Shown here: positions 62,601 through 64,000 of the stretch, piece after piece
How the letters are laid out: each line of letters starts with the position of its first letter
Numbering within the stretch: the first letter of the stretch is position 1
From: Cyanophora paradoxa CCMP329
Taxonomy: Eukaryota > Plantae > Glaucophyta
NCBI GenBank assembly: GCA_004431415.1
Contig: QPMI01000484.1
Location: forward strand, 186,001 to 250,000
DNA: 64,000 nt
Direction of reading: 5' to 3'
Program-made: the position numbers and the translations under genes
Notes under the pieces: generated by a model
What the model saw: only the letters and a program-made list of their open reading frames with translations
What the model was told of the DNA's origin: nothing
Database searches by the model: none

Positions 62601-63918
62601 TGTTAATCGAGTCCGCCGCGAATTTGTATATTAACTTTCCGTCGATATCAAAGACGCGGAAGCCTGTCTGAATTCTCTTACAGAATTTCTCGATATGGCG
62701 GAGGGTGAGAGCCAGAGAGTCGCCAGGTGTGCGTTCACGACCGTGAAAGAATTTATAGAGACCGTCGTACGACATAGTTAAGTCAGCATATCGCGGTTTT
62801 GGCGCCTCCTGACACTTCTTAATGGACGCTCCCCATGTGGAGATGATCATATCATAGCCGCAAGCGTTAGATGTCGATGACTTGGGAAGCTCAATAACAT
62901 CTTCGAACTCAGACGCGTTTGGATTTAATGTGTAGTCTGTGAATTTGCTCATAATCGCGGTGCATCGCATACTGTCCATTAGCTCCTCATCCAGAAACTC
63001 ATAGCGATTGCCAGGGATAGCACCGGCTCCGTCATCTTCGACACCTTCGTCCCCATCGATCGCGATCTCATGAACAGTTATAAAGGCATCATCGATACTG
63101 CCGCCATAATCATCAAAAATTTGGCGTAGTTTTCTCTGTTCCGCGGTTGGTGGTGTCTTAAAGAAGAACTCTTCGTATGCTTCGCCGAAAGTTTGAAGTC
63201 CTATAGCCAATTCATCGTAGTTTTCGAGTAAATAGAAGATTGATTCTCTCTCTTCCGAATAATAACGATTTTGATCGGGTCGAATGAGAACTCCATACGC
63301 TTTATCGATTTTTGCCAGAGCAAAGTTTCGCAACACCCTCACCGAAACTGTCTCTCTTATATTGCGGTAGGTGACAAAGGTTCTATCTGGTATGTTTAAT
63401 TCGGGAATTCCGGGAAGAACAATTACCTCCGACGACCGAGCACCGGATCCGGGCGCCCATAGCTTGAACGTAATTGTTGCGAGAGTTTCCGGATCGTATG
63501 CGGCGATTGGATCGAGAATAGTGCGTTTAATCGCATCTTCTACCGCTTTTAGTTGTCCTCTCAGTTGCTTCGCTTCGAGCTTCGCTTCTTTCGCCCGTTT
63601 CTGTTCTTGTTTGCGATCGAAGCGCTGTAAACGCTTCGCCTCTTGTTCTTTTTGCCTTTGCTTTTCTATATTAACTTGGGTGCGAGCGGCGCGCTTTTCT
63701 TTCCGCTCTGCCCTGCGGAAAACGCGGGGATTAATGATTCCATTCAGAGTATCCCGAATGTCGATCAGCGTTTGGAGCTTGGGCTTCCGATTCATTGTGT
63801 TGTGCATCGCCCAATGCGCCTGTTCCTCGGTCAGCAAATCCTGACTCAATCCCTGCATAATGTATCCGATAATCTCCTCCCGAACATTGTTAGCGATTCT
63901 GTTGGCTGCGCGCGGCAT
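59602..63918 (-). CDS. 1438-aa fusion: divergent family-B polymerase palm, SF1 (Pif1/RecD-like) helicase, C-terminal zinc/HNH-like nuclease
   Basis: PolB-like motif A AVDMAKCYP, motif B KKHILVKEIGMLGK and motif C GIRTDCLY. Helicase DMPGSGKST, FDEIF, GDTYQNEPI, TGHSTQGLTL, YTALTR. C-terminus CALC...DRINNRRPHLQDNC...CN. Confidence 0.85.
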   Translation of the reverse strand: MPRAANRIANNVREEIIGYIMQGLSQDLLTEEQAHWAMHNTMNRKPKLQTLIDIRDTLNGIINPRVFRRAERKEKRAARTQVNIEKQRQKEQEAKRLQRFDRKQEQKRAKEAKLEAKQLRGQLKAVEDAIKRTILDPIAAYDPETLATITFKLWAPGSGARSSEVIVLPGIPELNIPDRTFVTYRNIRETVSVRVLRNFALAKIDKAYGVLIRPDQNRYYSEERESIFYLLENYDELAIGLQTFGEAYEEFFFKTPPTAEQRKLRQIFDDYGGSIDDAFITVHEIAIDGDEGVEDDGAGAIPGNRYEFLDEELMDSMRCTAIMSKFTDYTLNPNASEFEDVIELPKSSTSNACGYDMIISTWGASIKKCQEAPKPRYADLTMSYDGLYKFFHGRERTPGDSLALTLRHIEKFCKRIQTGFRVFDIDGKLIYKFAADSINKNINPRNIHFMIHNKHIYIFNDNIKSLEMRMAKMEVEELDNHVPKSNSSLALYKIPTCLTHDIFAHTSKDLLKITQLKLSPDERSFIRILYTGREGLEGLLFTFLKMRYEPAVKLTPSKQIESITFKANGSMFSIKDPRTTDHFIEQDFETEEYYNKVCEIGKGFRESLLNATNISHYSPNMREILTHYKRSALSGYFYKPNPNTTYTAVDMAKCYPSILKGMQYLPKYNVFDDFVPFKEGSEILEYAIYYVRVVAFEREQATFADDEDIDYDAAVSRKIDGIEIVLDRAFSVSGRCYNFITGYTLSMHWADVKDKIEIIAVAEPSHLVPNTSISEMKKVLSSDIQTTDKKHILVKEIGMLGKFQDSQTSTKMFYNRAEAERFAQECGGTVEVFTFNPKNSKRVKALSEFEGHIYFVKISSHRELVNGFLPIHFHIYDRNRANMFAQYKRLTARGHKVAGIRTDCLYIEGSWTSKKEFDRNAFENMGKFSYIPGKRCPENALRPPRGVTLEFQDPDTLINRFSLRDEFNPECFNRVAELHNRMLVLADMPGSGKSTLGVNCFASQKSNCLIICPYNKQCAELRDSLKVRGIENITVRTLYNVLGIRVSNDQTYEEAMSEKDQRAFVSEFSHIMFDEIFAYSVKDLAKIKSFIDRYPDIKYLANGDTYQNEPINDDLSVSDRKGYYKRAVQSMFPNVLSLRNNKRHKKETDRELIRAIKEDLFENGLEAAQIISKYGLPTINDLNAIPDGYFGIAYRNEMTLAYNKLMHDRRKVNIPTVEVNGIKFYKGLEVVCRRYLRISRTEGESVNAYTNYTYRITKITKQMVTLTDVFDGVTFEVPCAMLEHFSLPYAGTGHSTQGLTLDSGIAICEATFRYTTREWFYTALTRNRDLSTVLIYTPIHKFQGKHDYIEYLKTKIRGYKCQDQRAGRDFDEADYITPEWILERKKQQKGACALCSLPIPTEPQDPNYKLVVDRINNRRPHLQDNCQLVHHGCNCSKK

Positions 63919-63940
63919 CTCTATTAGTTCTTTTAAAATA

Positions 63941-63960
63941 ACCGGAGAAAATAATTTCGG
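63941..63960 (-). promoter_or_regulatory. Conserved 20-bp element promoter motif, copy 2
   Basis: accggagaaaataatttcgg, identical to 58175-58194. Lies 22 nt upstream of the PolB-helicase ATG. Confidence 0.7.
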
Positions 63961-64000
63961 CGCAATCTACCAAATCCTCCTTTTCATACCCTTGTTGTTA

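Larger units (their letters stand above)
54690..64000. mobile_element. Endogenous Polinton/Polinton-like-virus-type element; left boundary approximate, continues beyond the window
   Basis: Abrupt shift to intronless, densely packed, much lower-GC ORFs: rve integrase, PolB-like/helicase fusion, Dam-like MTase and DUF5710. No capsid, packaging ATPase or second TIR within the window. Confidence 0.8.

Noticed and set aside
61234-63927. Plus-strand ORFs overlapping the 1438-aa gene
   Set aside because: Antisense shadows with no motifs.
54690-64000. Bacterial or phage contamination
   Set aside because: No Shine-Dalgarno pattern noticed, a Polinton-type integrase, and virus-like AT-rich leaders. 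A chimeric join cannot be fully excluded without reads.

Overview
The window reads as intron-dense, very GC-rich eukaryotic (protist or algal-type) DNA from 1 to ~54.7 kb, joined to an intronless, AT-richer Polinton/Polinton-like-virus-type element from ~54.7 kb to beyond 64 kb. Most long ORFs in the supplied track are GC-rich artefacts, so host genes were rebuilt by hand from exons; many introns are GC-AG. Host genes: mitochondrial citrate synthase; a Cache-HAMP-PAS(FixL-like)-adenylyl cyclase-phosphodiesterase fusion receptor; an orphan gene; mitochondrial L22; PIG-Q/GPI1; DPH6 with RidA domains; an LRR-like orphan; two soluble-AC-like STAND proteins (cyclase-NTPase-TPR) in a ~19.4 kb head-to-head inverted duplication; and an IPT/TIG-like surface-protein gene whose 5' part appears cut off by the element. 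A 1.86 kb non-autonomous TIR transposon lies among them. The element encodes a Dam-like N6-adenine methyltransferase, a prokaryotic-type AdoMet decarboxylase, a tandem DUF5710 protein, an rve integrase with a D,D(35)N triad, and a 1438-aa PolB-like/SF1 helicase/HNH fusion. It also has a repeat-rich non-coding region and a shared 20-bp motif upstream of two genes. All calls come from motif recognition by eye; no database search was run and exon boundaries are approximate.
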